A stretch of DNA of 64,000 bases from Bacteroidaceae bacterium (GCA_045631905.1 JAZQVO010000038.1:1440-65439); one strand, 5' to 3'. Shown: positions 1 to 10,536, numbered from the stretch's first letter. The notes: generated by a model not told the origin, from the letters alone. Program-made: numbers and translations.

Positions 1-2651
1 TACAGACGGTCGGCATAGAAAGGAGCTATCGGAGCCATCAAACGAGCAACAGTCTCCAAGCAGGTATAAAGTGTCTGATAAGCCGATAATTTATCAACGC
101 TCATATCTGAGCCCCAGAAACGTTTACGGCTCAGACGAACAAACCAGTTGCTCACATTGTCCACCACAAACTCCTGAATGAGACGGCCTGCCTTAGTGGG
201 CTCATAATCGTCGAGACACGCATTCACATTCTTCACAAGAGTATTAAGAGCCGAAATTATCCAACGGTCGAGTTCGGGACGCTCATTTACAGGCACCTCT
301 TGCTCGACAAAAGTAAAGCCATCGACATTTGCATACATAGTAAAGAAGCTGTAAGTCTGGTACAACTTACCAAAGAACGAACGTGTAACCTCCTTGACAC
401 CATCTTCGTTGAAACGAAGGTTGTCCCATGGAGCCGAGTTTGTTATCATGTACCAACGCAAAGCATCACTGCCGTAGTTATCTATGGTATCGAAAGGATC
501 CACCGCGTTTCCAAGACGCTTAGACATCTTGTCGCCATTCTTGTCGAGCACAAGACCGTTTGATATTACGGTTTTGTATGCAACGCTGTCGAACACCATG
601 GTACCTATCGCATGCAAAGTATAGAACCAACCACGTGTTTGGTCCACACCCTCGGCGATAAAGTCGGCAGGATACACAGCACGACTATCGAGAAGCTCTT
701 TATTCTCAAAAGGATAGTGAATCTGCGCATAAGGCATGGCACCCGAGTCGAACCACACATCTATAAGGTCGAGTTCACGAGTCATCACCTTACCACTTTC
801 CGACACAAGTTTTATATCATCGACATAAGGACGATGCAAGTCTATCTTGTCATAATTCTCACGACTATAATCACCGGGAACAAAGCCTTTATCCTTGTAG
901 GGGTTACTTGCCATGATACCGGCCTCAACAGCCTTCTCAATCTCCTCATAAAGCTCAGCTATCGAGCCTATACACTTAGCCTCGCCGTCCTCGCTTGTCC
1001 AAATAGGCAAAGGCGTACCCCAATAACGACTGCGACTAAGGTTCCAGTCGTTAAGGTTCTCCAACCATTTACCAAAACGGCCCGTACCTGTCGATTCGGG
1101 TTTCCATGTGATAGTTTTATTAAGCTCGCTCATGCGCTCCTTCATCTGCGATGCACGCACAAACCAGCTATCGAGAGGATAGTACAACACAGGTTTGTCG
1201 GTGCGCCAGCAATGAGGATAGTTGTGAACATGTTTCTCTATTTTAAACACCTTGTTCTGCTGTTTCATAGCCATACACAAAACAACATCTAGCGTTTCGG
1301 CCTTAGCCGCGGCTTTCTCGTCGTAACGGCCATCTATGGTATATTCGGGGTTGTAAGCATTCTTTACATACGCACCGGCATATTTAGAATACTCCTCCAC
1401 ATTCACACAACTCTTCACAAACTCCTCGTCAAGCTCTTCCAAAAGCCAGAATTTACCTGTAAAATCGACCATGGGACGAGTTTCGCCCTTCTTGTTTACC
1501 ATAAAGAGAGAAGGGATACCGGCAGCCTTCGCAACAAAAGCATCGTCGGCACCAAAAGTAGGAGCAATGTGAACAATACCTGTACCGTCCTCTGTTGTCA
1601 CATAATCGCCGGGGATAACGCGGAAACCATCTTCCGACACCTTAATGCTATCACCCTCTTTTACAACAGGCTTAACCCAAGGGAACAACTGCTCATAACG
1701 CATACCCACAAGGTCGCTACCCTTATACTCGGCAATAACCTTGTAGGGCACAACCTTGTCACCGGGCTTGTAGCTATCCAAAGGCAACTCGGCACCGGCC
1801 ACATTAAAATGAGCATTCAGCAACGCCTTTGCAAGCACAACAGTAATAGGCTCGCCCGAATAGCTGTTATATGACTGCACAGCAACATAATCGATTTTAG
1901 GACCCACGCAAAGAGCGGTGTTCGAAGGTAGAGTCCATGGAGTTGTGGTCCATGCGAGGAAGTATGGAGTACCCCACTCTGTCATCTCGGGCTTGGGCGA
2001 CAACATGCGGAACTGCGCCACAGCAGTCGTATCCTTTACATCGCGATAGCAACCGGGCTGATTCAGTTCATGCGAGCTCAAGCCTGTACCCGCCGCAGGC
2101 GAATAGGGCTGAATAGTATACCCCTTATAGAGCAACCCTTTGTTATAGAGTTGTTTCAACAACCACCAAAGGCTCTCTATGTAGCTATTCTCATATGTGA
2201 TGTAAGGATTTTCGAGGTCCACCCAATAACCCATCTTACGAGTAAGTTCGGTCCACTCTTTTGTATACTTCATAACCTCCTCACGGCAGTTGCGGTTATA
2301 ATCATCAACCGAAACCTTTTTACCAATATCCTCCTTGGTGATGTTGAGTTTCTTCTCCACACCAAGCTCCACGGGGAGGCCGTGAGTATCCCAACCAGCC
2401 TTACGCTTAACCTGGAAACCTTTCATTGTTTTGAAACGACAGAAAGTATCCTTTATACTGCGCGCCATAACATGGTGAATACCGGGCATACCGTTTGCCG
2501 AGGGAGGTCCCTCAAAGAAAACAAACGAAGGAGCACCCTCGCGCTCTGTCATACTCTTTGAAAACAGGTCATTATCGTCCCACTCTTTCAACACCTCTTT
2601 GTTTATCTGAGGCAGATTCAACTGGTTATATACAGGAAATTTCTTTTTCAT
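1..2651 (-). CDS. ileS: Isoleucine--tRNA ligase (type 2), N-terminal part; the gene runs off the left edge
   Basis: Absent from the ORF track because it has no in-window stop. My reverse-complement translation from the ATG at 2651-2649 reads MKKKFPVYNQLNLPQINKEVLKEWDDNDLFSKSMTEREGAPSFVFFEGPPSANGMPGIHHVMARSIKD...KAGWDTHGLPVE. This contains the class I HIGH motif and an IleS-type N-terminus. Confidence 0.85.
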   Translation of the reverse strand, partial: MKKKFPVYNQLNLPQINKEVLKEWDDNDLFSKSMTEREGAPSFVFFEGPPSANGMPGIHHVMARSIKDTFCRFKTMKGFQVKRKAGWDTHGLPVELGVEKKLNITKEDIGKKVSVDDYNRNCREEVMKYTKEWTELTRKMGYWVDLENPYITYENSYIESLWWLLKQLYNKGLLYKGYTIQPYSPAAGTGLSSHELNQPGCYRDVKDTTAVAQFRMLSPKPEMTEWGTPYFLAWTTTPWTLPSNTALCVGPKIDYVAVQSYNSYSGEPITVVLAKALLNAHFNVAGAELPLDSYKPGDKVVPYKVIAEYKGSDLVGMRYEQLFPWVKPVVKEGDSIKVSEDGFRVIPGDYVTTEDGTGIVHIAPTFGADDAFVAKAAGIPSLFMVNKKGETRPMVDFTGKFWLLEELDEEFVKSCVNVEEYSKYAGAYVKNAYNPEYTIDGRYDEKAAAKAETLDVVLCMAMKQQNKVFKIEKHVHNYPHCWRTDKPVLYYPLDSWFVRASQMKERMSELNKTITWKPESTGTGRFGKWLENLNDWNLSRSRYWGTPLPIWTSEDGEAKCIGSIAELYEEIEKAVEAGIMASNPYKDKGFVPGDYSRENYDKIDLHRPYVDDIKLVSESGKVMTRELDLIDVWFDSGAMPYAQIHYPFENKELLDSRAVYPADFIAEGVDQTRGWFYTLHAIGTMVFDSVAYKTVISNGLVLDKNGDKMSKRLGNAVDPFDTIDNYGSDALRWYMITNSAPWDNLRFNEDGVKEVTRSFFGKLYQTYSFFTMYANVDGFTFVEQEVPVNERPELDRWIISALNTLVKNVNACLDDYEPTKAGRLIQEFVVDNVSNWFVRLSRKRFWGSDMSVDKLSAYQTLYTCLETVARLMAPIAPFYADRL

Positions 2652-2676
2652 TTTGTCGTAAAAGTATAAAGTTGCG

Positions 2677-2684
2677 CAAAGTTA
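2677..2684 (-). promoter_or_regulatory. Candidate Bacteroides -7 promoter box (TAACTTTG on the minus strand) for ileS
   Basis: Plus-strand caaagtta is the reverse complement of TAACTTTG and matches TAnnTTTG, about 26 nt upstream of the ileS ATG. Confidence 0.4.
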
Positions 2685-2736
2685 TCATTTTTTTCCGAAA
2701 GGGAAAAGAGAAAACCCCTCTTTTATTATAAATAAA

Positions 2737-2763
2737 AAGCGACACCGCATCGATGTCGCTTTA
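2737..2763 (-). terminator. Hairpin terminator after the M18 aminopeptidase gene
   Basis: aaagcgaca / tgtcgcttt forms a 9-bp stem with a 9-nt loop. On the minus strand it is followed by ttattt. Confidence 0.55.
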
Positions 2764-2803
2764 AGGATATTACATTATTGCCAGCCGACAAACCCGTAAC
2801 ACA

Positions 2804-4084
2804 CTATTTCACGTTGTAAAAAGCAGTAAACGCCTTAATTGCATACTCGGTATCGACCACAGCCGATGTTTCACGTGCCGAGTGCATACCCCACATGGGA
2901 TTACCCATATCCACGCCCCTCATAGGGAGTTGAGTTGTCAAAGTATTTCCAAGTGTAGAACCACCTGCAATATCACTGCGATTTACAAAATACTGGAAGG
3001 GAACACCCGCCTGTCTGCACACCTCGGCAAACACCGCCGCCGACTCCGCATCGGTTACATACTTCTGGTTCGCATTATATTTAATCACAGGGCCTCCACC
3101 CATCACAGGGTGATTTGTCGGGTCGTGTTTCTCCTGATAATTAGGGTGCAGAGCATGCGCCATATCGGCCGAAACCATAAAAGAATTTTCAACAGCGGTA
3201 TAGAGGTCGCCCGGTTTTCCGCCACATCTTAAAATAATAGAATCCAACAAATTGCGCAACATAGGCGATGCAGAGCCCTGCTTTGTCATATTACCCGTCT
3301 CCTCATTATCGAAGAGCGCAAGCACCTGAGTCATCGCCGAAGGCTCACTGCCAGCCAAAGCCTTCAACCCGGCAAACGCCATGAGCAGGTCGTCCTGGCG
3401 ACCACACGAAACAAATTCGCTGTTCAAGCCACACAAACAGGCAGGGGTAGCCTCGTAAAGCGATAGGTCAAAATCGAGAATTTCACTCGGCTCCACACCA
3501 AGCTCCTCGGCCACCACATTTAGTAAAAGATTTTCTTTTTCAAAATGAGCATTTATAAAGCCAAGGACGGGCATCATATCCTTCTGACGATTTATTTTGT
3601 TACCCTCGTTCACCTCACGGTTAAAATGTATTGCCAAATGAGGAATAATGAGCAAAGGGCGTTTAATGTGCAACAGACGCATCTCGGGACGCAGAGGCGA
3701 GGCACCACGCAAGAAGACACGGCCGGCAAGCGACAAAGGACGGTCGAACCATGTATAAAGGATAGGACCACCATACACCTCGGTATTCAAACGAATCATG
3801 CCACCCTCCGAAACCATCTCGGGAGCAGGCTTCACACGGAAGCAAGGCGAGTCGGTATGAGCACAAATCAGCTTAAAGCCATCGGTAACAGCACCCGAGC
3901 CCATGCGGAAAGCAAACAGAGCCGAATCGTTTTTTGTAATATAATAACCCTCACCGGCTTTAAGTTCCGGCAAGTTCCCAATCTCCACCTTTTTAAAACC
4001 CGCCGAAGAGAGAAAATCCTCGGCATATTTCACCGCCAGAAAATTCACAGGCGACGCATCAAGCATTTCAAGCAACTCTTTCAT
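2804..4084 (-). CDS. M18-family aminopeptidase (aspartyl aminopeptidase-like)
   Basis: 426-aa ORF. ICAHTDSPCFRVKP, HLAIHFNREVN and SADMAHALHPNY are typical of the M18 metallopeptidase family. Confidence 0.8.
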   Translation of the reverse strand: MKELLEMLDASPVNFLAVKYAEDFLSSAGFKKVEIGNLPELKAGEGYYITKNDSALFAFRMGSGAVTDGFKLICAHTDSPCFRVKPAPEMVSEGGMIRLNTEVYGGPILYTWFDRPLSLAGRVFLRGASPLRPEMRLLHIKRPLLIIPHLAIHFNREVNEGNKINRQKDMMPVLGFINAHFEKENLLLNVVAEELGVEPSEILDFDLSLYEATPACLCGLNSEFVSCGRQDDLLMAFAGLKALAGSEPSAMTQVLALFDNEETGNMTKQGSASPMLRNLLDSIILRCGGKPGDLYTAVENSFMVSADMAHALHPNYQEKHDPTNHPVMGGGPVIKYNANQKYVTDAESAAVFAEVCRQAGVPFQYFVNRSDIAGGSTLGNTLTTQLPMRGVDMGNPMWGMHSARETSAVVDTEYAIKAFTAFYNVK

Positions 4085-4107
4085 AACACTTTATTCAAAT
4101 TATATTT

Positions 4108-5568
4108 TCAATTATTTTCTTTTGCATCAATAACATACTCACGATTCAACATCTTGTGTGTAACCACCACCTTGACACCAAATTTTTCGGCAACATGATG
4201 AGCAATATGCTCGGCGCTGTACACCGAACGATGCTGGCCACCCGTGCAACCACAACACACCTGAATATGAGTAAAACCACGCCTCTTGTAAGTATCCACC
4301 ATATTATCCACCAGCGCATAAGCATTTTCAAGAAAATCGCCGATATTACTCTCCTTTTCAAGAAAATCAATCACCGGCTTGTCCATACCGCAAAGCTTCT
4401 TATAAGGCTCATACCTACCGGGGTTATGAATAGCACGGCAGTCGAAAACAAACCCACCGCCATTACCCGAATAATCATCGGGGATACCACGTTTATACGA
4501 GAAGCTAAGCACATCAACCACAAGCTCTTTGCCACACTTTGGTGCAAACATCGGCAGAGCGATAATCTTATCCAGCAACCCCTTCAAATACTCAAACTCA
4601 CCCTTCAACAAAGATAACTGTTCTTTCAAATGAGCAAGCGCGGCTGGGATAGTCTCGATAAAAGCCTTTTTATGCTCATACAAACCACGGAAACCATAAG
4701 TTCCCAAATTCTGTAACAAGCGGAACACCCTGAATATTGTAAGTTCGTGCATAAAAGCCTCCCTATCCACCTCCTTATACTTTTTCAGCGCAACAATATA
4801 AGCATCTATCATCTTCTCCACAACCTCCTCGGTGTAGCAAGCCCTCGCCTGCCCCACAAACGATGCAACATCGTAGTATATAGGACCTTTCCGACCACCC
4901 TGAAAATCTATAAAATAGGGTTTCTCATTATGTATCATCACGTTTCGCGACTGAAAATCCCTATACATAAACACCTCTTCGGCATCTTTCAGCAAGCGAG
5001 TCGCCATGTATTCCATCTCGTTTTCAAGCAAATCCTCATTAAATTCAATATTAACCCCTTTCAAAAAGCAATATTTAAAATAATTAAGGTCCCACATAAC
5101 AGTACGCCTGTCAAACGCCATCACAGGGTAACAAACCGAAAAATCGAAACCTTCGGCAACCTTATATTGTATATCGGGCAAAAGCGACATAACACGACAA
5201 AGCATCTCAGTGTCACGTTGCGAGAACAAACCTCTATCGCGAGAATCCTTCATATACATAAAAAGCGACACATCACCCAAATCCTCTTGCAGATAGCACA
5301 ACCCATCGTCCGACACCGCAAGAACCCGTGGCGCACATATACCACAAGAACAAAGTTTTTCGCTCATAACAACAAAAGCCCTATTCTCCTCGGCACAAGT
5401 ACCCACAACGCCAATAAGCGACTCCTCGCCCGAGCTCAACCTGTAATACACCCTGTTAGAGCCGTCACCCGACAACTTCACAACATTCACAGGCAACAAG
5501 CCCACAATATCCTTATATAAACTTTTTAATCGACCTACCATTTCAGTAAAACTCAAAATATTCATCAA
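4108..5568 (-). CDS. Fusion protein: APH/protein-kinase-like phosphotransferase domain plus RapZ C-terminal (PFK-like) domain
   Basis: The N-terminal half has YRDFQSRNVMI (a catalytic-loop-like D..N) and FIDFQGG (DFG-like). The C-terminal part has FVFDCRAIHNPGRYEPYKKLCGMDKPVIDFLE and CCGCTGGQHRSVYSAEHIA, which match the RapZ C-domain motifs as I remember them. Confidence 0.65.
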   Translation of the reverse strand: MMNILSFTEMVGRLKSLYKDIVGLLPVNVVKLSGDGSNRVYYRLSSGEESLIGVVGTCAEENRAFVVMSEKLCSCGICAPRVLAVSDDGLCYLQEDLGDVSLFMYMKDSRDRGLFSQRDTEMLCRVMSLLPDIQYKVAEGFDFSVCYPVMAFDRRTVMWDLNYFKYCFLKGVNIEFNEDLLENEMEYMATRLLKDAEEVFMYRDFQSRNVMIHNEKPYFIDFQGGRKGPIYYDVASFVGQARACYTEEVVEKMIDAYIVALKKYKEVDREAFMHELTIFRVFRLLQNLGTYGFRGLYEHKKAFIETIPAALAHLKEQLSLLKGEFEYLKGLLDKIIALPMFAPKCGKELVVDVLSFSYKRGIPDDYSGNGGGFVFDCRAIHNPGRYEPYKKLCGMDKPVIDFLEKESNIGDFLENAYALVDNMVDTYKRRGFTHIQVCCGCTGGQHRSVYSAEHIAHHVAEKFGVKVVVTHKMLNREYVIDAKENN

Positions 5569-5815
5569 TTGCGAAGATACATTAAGTTCTGCAAAATAAA
5601 AACTTATTTACATATTTTAAAAAAGGTAACGCAACACAAGCTCACTCCGACACAAAGACTGACACAATGAAGCCCAAGAATAGCTTTTACATACATTTTT
5701 CAAACAAAACCACACATTTATTAAACTTTATACCGCATTAACCTTGCAAAATGAACTTTTTTCTTGTTTTTTCAAAAAAAAGCTTACATTTCTTCATTTT
5801 TTCATTTCAATACAT

Positions 5816-5823
5816 TAACTTTG
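5816..5823 (+). promoter_or_regulatory. Candidate -7 promoter box TAACTTTG for gdhA
   Basis: Matches TAnnTTTG followed by cgc, in the 367-bp AT-rich intergenic region upstream of gdhA. Confidence 0.4.
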
Positions 5824-5935
5824 CGCTGACAAAATTCAGAAATGAGTATTTATACACAAATTCCTGCATATTTATTCATTTATACAGGTTTTAAACTATT
5901 CATTCCTCATTGTTAAATAATTAAAATTCCAAAAT

Positions 5936-7270
5936 ATGAAAGTAGAAACTACACTTGAAAGCTTAAAGAAAAAATTCCCCAACGAGCCCGAATACTTTCA
6001 GGCAGTTGAGGAGGTATTGCGTTCAATTGAAGAGGAGTACAACAAACACCCCGAATTTGAAGCAAACAACCTTATCGAGAGATTGTGTATACCCGACAGA
6101 GTATTCACATTCCGTGTAACATGGGCCGACGACAACGGCAACATACACACAAACACAGGTTACCGTGTACAGCACAACAACGCTATCGGTCCCTACAAAG
6201 GCGGTATCCGTTTCCACCCCTCTGTAAACGTAGGTATCCTCAAATACCTCGCATTTGAGCAGACATTCAAAAACTCACTCACCACACTCCCCATGGGAGG
6301 CGCAAAGGGAGGTTCAGACTTCGACCCCAAAGGCAAGAGCGATGCCGAGGTAATGCGATTCTGCCAAGCCTTCATCACAGAGTTGTGGCGTAACATCGGC
6401 CCCGACATGGACGTTCCCGCCGGCGACATCGGTGTAGGCGCACGCGAGGTTGGTTACATGTTCGGCTTCTACAAAAAGCTCACACGTCAATTCAACGGAG
6501 TATTCACAGGAAAAGGCTTGGAGTTCGGTGGTTCACTCATTCGCCCCGAGGCTACAGGTTATGGTAACATCTACTTCTTGCAAGAGATGTTGAAGACACG
6601 CGGTCTCGACATAAAAGACAAAGTATGCCTTGTATCAGGTTCGGGCAACGTAGCACAATACACAGTAGAGAAAGTAATAGAGCTTGGAGGTAAAGTAGTT
6701 ACCATGAGCGACTCTAACGGCTACATATACGACCCCGATGGAATCACACGCGAGAAACTCGACTTCATCATGGAGCTCAAGAACGTTCGTCGCGGTCGCA
6801 TCAAAGAATATGCCGACAAATATGGTTGCAAATACGTTGCCGACGCTAAACCCTGGGGCGAAAAAGGCGACATCGCCCTCCCCTCGGCCACACAGAACGA
6901 GATTAACGGCGAGCACGCAAAAGCACTCATCGCAAACGGCGTGATAGCAGTATCAGAAGGAGCAAACATGCCCTCAACACCCGCTGCTATTCAAGTATTC
7001 CAGAACGCCAAGATACTATACGCACCCGGTAAAGCATCGAACGCAGGTGGTGTATCGGTATCAGGACTTGAGATGAGCCAGAACTCAGGCAAAATCAATT
7101 GGAGCAGTGCAAAAGTAGACGAGATGCTCCACGAGATTATGCACAACATTCACGAAGCATGCGTTAAATACGGTACATGCGAGGACGGCTACATCGACTA
7201 TGTAAAGGGTGCCAACGTTGCCGGCTTCCTCAAAGTAGCCAAAGCCATGATGGCACAAGGTATCGTTTAA
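5936..7270 (+). CDS. gdhA: NAD(P)-specific glutamate dehydrogenase
   Basis: 444 aa. The KGGIRFHPSVN and GGAKGGSDFDPKGKSD motifs and the overall length match the hexameric GDH family. Confidence 0.92.
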   Translation: MKVETTLESLKKKFPNEPEYFQAVEEVLRSIEEEYNKHPEFEANNLIERLCIPDRVFTFRVTWADDNGNIHTNTGYRVQHNNAIGPYKGGIRFHPSVNVGILKYLAFEQTFKNSLTTLPMGGAKGGSDFDPKGKSDAEVMRFCQAFITELWRNIGPDMDVPAGDIGVGAREVGYMFGFYKKLTRQFNGVFTGKGLEFGGSLIRPEATGYGNIYFLQEMLKTRGLDIKDKVCLVSGSGNVAQYTVEKVIELGGKVVTMSDSNGYIYDPDGITREKLDFIMELKNVRRGRIKEYADKYGCKYVADAKPWGEKGDIALPSATQNEINGEHAKALIANGVIAVSEGANMPSTPAAIQVFQNAKILYAPGKASNAGGVSVSGLEMSQNSGKINWSSAKVDEMLHEIMHNIHEACVKYGTCEDGYIDYVKGANVAGFLKVAKAMMAQGIV

Positions 7271-7310
7271 TACAACACCAAACATTCGCAGTAAACGCGA
7301 AAAAACATAT

Positions 7311-7344
7311 AAAGAGAGAGCTTGCCATGGCAAGCTCTCTCTTT
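7311..7344 (+). terminator. Hairpin terminator after gdhA
   Basis: aaagagagagcttgcc / ggcaagctctctcttt forms a perfect 16-bp stem 41 nt after the stop codon. Confidence 0.7.
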
Positions 7345-7409
7345 ATATATAAATACAACTTTGTAACACATAAAAAAATGCTTATCTTCGCAAAAAAAAC
7401 AGAAGAAAC

Positions 7410-8675
7410 ATGCAAAAAAAACAAAGCGGTTGGAGCTGGATACCAACACTATACTTTGCCGAAGGACTACCCTACTTCATAGTAACAGTAATATCAGTAA
7501 TACTTTACAAGAGAATGGGTGTGAGCAACAGCGACATAGCACTATACACAAGCTGGCTCTACCTCCCATGGGTTATAAAACCCTTTTGGAGCCCGCTGGT
7601 AGAGATGCTTGGCACACGTCGCGCATGGATAAACACCATGCAAATTTTCATCGGAGCGTTGCTTGGCGCAACAGCCTTCACAATCCCCATTAACAACTTC
7701 TTTCAATGGACACTCGCCATCTTCTGGCTCATGGCGTTCGGTTCGGCAACACACGATATAGCAGCCGACGGTTTCTACATGCTCGGTCTCACAGGCGAAG
7801 AACAATCATTCTTTTCGGGCATACGCAGTATCTTCTACCGCATAGCAACCATCTTCGGGCAAGGAGTACTCATAATTATCGCCGGCCGACTCGAAGAAAC
7901 GACAGGCTCCATAATCACCGCCTGGTGCATCACATTTACAGCCACAGCCATAATAATGTTACTTGTTGGAACATATCACACCAAAGCACTCCCCACACCA
8001 CAGAGCGACATATCGCGCAACGTAAAGGGAGCAAAAGAGGCACTGCACAATTTCGTTGAAATTCTCATAACATACTTTCAAAAACCAGGCATCGGCACAG
8101 CCATACTATTCATGCTCCTCTTTCGCCTGCCCGAAGCACAACTCGTAAAAATGCTCAACCCCTTCCTTCTCGACAGTCGCGAAGCCGGAGGCCTCGCCCT
8201 TTCAACCGAGCAGATAGGCATAACATACGGCACCATAGGCGTCATAGGGCTCATAATAGGAGGCATAGCAGGAGGCATAGCAATATCGAAAAAAGGCCTA
8301 AAATATTGGCTGTGGCCCATGGTCATGGCAATATCCCTCCCCGACCTCGTATATGTATACCTCAGCATAGCACAACCAACCAACCAACTAATAATCGACG
8401 GTTGCATCTTCATAGAGCAAATAGGCTACGGCTTCGGTTTCACCGCCTACATGCTCTACCTGATATACTTTGCACAAGGCAAATACCCCACGGCACACTA
8501 CGCAATCTCCACCGCCTTTATGGCACTCGGCATGATGTTGCCCGGCATGGTTTCCGGATACATACAAGAACAAATAGGTTACAGCAACTTTTTCATATGG
8601 ATAATGTTCTGCTGTTTAGCAACATTTGCAGTGTCGGCCATGCTAAAAATAGACCCCGACTTTGGTAAAAAGTAA
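7410..8675 (+). CDS. ampG: MFS transporter, AmpG-family (muropeptide permease-like)
   Basis: 421 aa and multi-TM. The N-terminus WSWIPTLYFAEGLPYFIV...LYLPWVIKPFWSPLVE is characteristic of AmpG-type permeases. Confidence 0.65.
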   Translation: MQKKQSGWSWIPTLYFAEGLPYFIVTVISVILYKRMGVSNSDIALYTSWLYLPWVIKPFWSPLVEMLGTRRAWINTMQIFIGALLGATAFTIPINNFFQWTLAIFWLMAFGSATHDIAADGFYMLGLTGEEQSFFSGIRSIFYRIATIFGQGVLIIIAGRLEETTGSIITAWCITFTATAIIMLLVGTYHTKALPTPQSDISRNVKGAKEALHNFVEILITYFQKPGIGTAILFMLLFRLPEAQLVKMLNPFLLDSREAGGLALSTEQIGITYGTIGVIGLIIGGIAGGIAISKKGLKYWLWPMVMAISLPDLVYVYLSIAQPTNQLIIDGCIFIEQIGYGFGFTAYMLYLIYFAQGKYPTAHYAISTAFMALGMMLPGMVSGYIQEQIGYSNFFIWIMFCCLATFAVSAMLKIDPDFGKK

Positions 8676-8717
8676 AATATACCGTATCTTCGCGTAAAAT
8701 TTGAGAAAAAAACATAT

Positions 8718-9557
8718 ATGATACTTATAGCTGATTGTGGCTCAACCAAAACCGACTGGGTACTCTTCGACGGCGATACAATAATATCGCAAGTAAAGAC
8801 ACAAGGATTCAACCCCACCCAGCAGAGTACCGCACAAATCTTAGAGGTTTTAACAGCCGAACTTAAAGAAAAGATAGACACAACAATCCCCGACACCATA
8901 TACTTCTATGGTGCCGGTTGCGCGTATGAGAGTGCAAACAAAAGAATGCAAAAAGCACTCGAAGAGATATTCACAACACGCGACATACACATAAACAGCG
9001 ACCTGCTTGCAGCCGCTCGCGCCCTTTGCGGGCACGAAGAAGGCATCGCCTGCATACTTGGCACAGGCTCCAACTCATGCCTGTTCAACGGAGAGAAGAT
9101 TACCGACAACACCCCGGCCCTCGGCTACATATTAGGCGACGAAGGCAGTGGAGCCCACCTCGGCCGTCAGCTGGTTAGCGACTGCATAAAGAAACAGCTC
9201 CCCCCCGCCATCTGCGAGAAGTTTCTCAAGCAATACAAACTATCGGTAGCCGATATACTCGAAAAAGTATACCACGCCCCCCTGCCCAACCGTTTCCTGG
9301 CAAGCTTCGCCCCCTTCCTGTACGAAAACCGCACCAACGCCGAGATACACGACCTGCTCATACGTTGCTTCACACAATTCTTCCAGCGTAACACCATGGT
9401 CTACCGCCGTTCATGGCTCCCCATACACATAATAGGCAGTATCGGCATAAATTTTGCCCAAGAGATAAAAGAGACAGCCGAGAGCCTCGGCCTCTCCATA
9501 GGCAACATAGTAGAAAGCCCCATAGAAGGATTAATAGAATACCATAAAACCAAATAA
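8718..9557 (+). CDS. BadF/BadG/BcrA/BcrD-type ATPase (N-acetylglucosamine kinase-like)
   Basis: 279 aa. MILIADCGSTKTDWVL (phosphate-1) and ACILGTGSNS (phosphate-2) are ASKHA sugar-kinase motifs. Confidence 0.65.
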   Translation: MILIADCGSTKTDWVLFDGDTIISQVKTQGFNPTQQSTAQILEVLTAELKEKIDTTIPDTIYFYGAGCAYESANKRMQKALEEIFTTRDIHINSDLLAAARALCGHEEGIACILGTGSNSCLFNGEKITDNTPALGYILGDEGSGAHLGRQLVSDCIKKQLPPAICEKFLKQYKLSVADILEKVYHAPLPNRFLASFAPFLYENRTNAEIHDLLIRCFTQFFQRNTMVYRRSWLPIHIIGSIGINFAQEIKETAESLGLSIGNIVESPIEGLIEYHKTK

Positions 9558-9561
9558 AAAA

Positions 9562-10536
9562 ATGAAAAAGATTATCAAAACATTCGCCATAGCAATAATG
9601 GCTGCGACAACAATCTCATGCGGTGCCAACGAAAAAAGCATCACAAAAATAACAAACGGAGACAAAAACAAGATGGACAGCCTCTCCTACGCATACGGAA
9701 TAATCATAGGCGAGCAGTATGGCCCAGAAAGCTCAATCGTGAAAGACCTGAACATAGATCTATCGGTCTTTTGGAAAGCATTAAAGACAACAGCCACCGG
9801 CAACGAGATGATAGTAGGAAAAGACACTCTTGTCGAGAAAAACATGCAGAAGATATACGGCAAAGCCTTCACACGCGACTTACAAAGCAAAGTAATTGCA
9901 GCAAAAAAAGACAGCACAGGCAACACCAAAGTATACAACTCGGAAAAAGAGCGCGAATTAGTATCGGCATTCATAGGTACCGATATTGCACTGAGCATGA
10001 TACGCATGGATATCCCCATGCAACTCTACTGGGTTGAGAATGCATACAACGAGAAACAGGACGGCAAAGCAACAATGAGCGCACGCGAAGCCACCTCCTA
10101 CATCAACAACTACATGATGACAGTAATCCCTGCCGAGAACGACAAAGCGTCGAAAGCATGGCTTGCCGAGGTTGAAAAAGAGAAAGGCGTTAAAAAAACA
10201 TCAACCGGCCTTCTCTATAAGATAGAAAACGAAGGCGACATGAGCGCAAAACCCACATCGCTAAACGACTATGTAACAGTACACTACAAAGGCACAACCC
10301 GTAACGGCAACGTATTCGACAGCAGTTACGACCGTGGTCAAACCATAGAGTTCCCCTTGAACGGTGTTATCAAAGGCTGGGGCGAAGGCTTGCAACTAAT
10401 TGGCAAAGGCGGTAAAATAACATTGTGGATACCCGCAGAGCTTGCATACGGTAGCAGAGGTGCCGGCAACTCAATCGGCCCCAACGAAGCACTACGTTTC
10501 GACGTTGAGTTATTCGAAGTAAGACATGCCGAATAA
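9562..10536 (+). CDS. FKBP-type peptidyl-prolyl cis-trans isomerase lipoprotein
   Basis: Signal peptide with Cys (ATTISCG). The C-terminal VTVHYKGTTRNGNVFDSSYDRGQTIEFPLNGVIKGWGEGLQ...ELAYGSRGAG is an FKBP domain. Confidence 0.85.
   Translation: MKKIIKTFAIAIMAATTISCGANEKSITKITNGDKNKMDSLSYAYGIIIGEQYGPESSIVKDLNIDLSVFWKALKTTATGNEMIVGKDTLVEKNMQKIYGKAFTRDLQSKVIAAKKDSTGNTKVYNSEKERELVSAFIGTDIALSMIRMDIPMQLYWVENAYNEKQDGKATMSAREATSYINNYMMTVIPAENDKASKAWLAEVEKEKGVKKTSTGLLYKIENEGDMSAKPTSLNDYVTVHYKGTTRNGNVFDSSYDRGQTIEFPLNGVIKGWGEGLQLIGKGGKITLWIPAELAYGSRGAGNSIGPNEALRFDVELFEVRHAE

Noticed and set aside
300-2731. Several plus-strand ORFs of 78-226 aa at the left edge.
   Set aside because: All are antisense to ileS, which is missing from the ORF track only because it has no stop codon inside the window.
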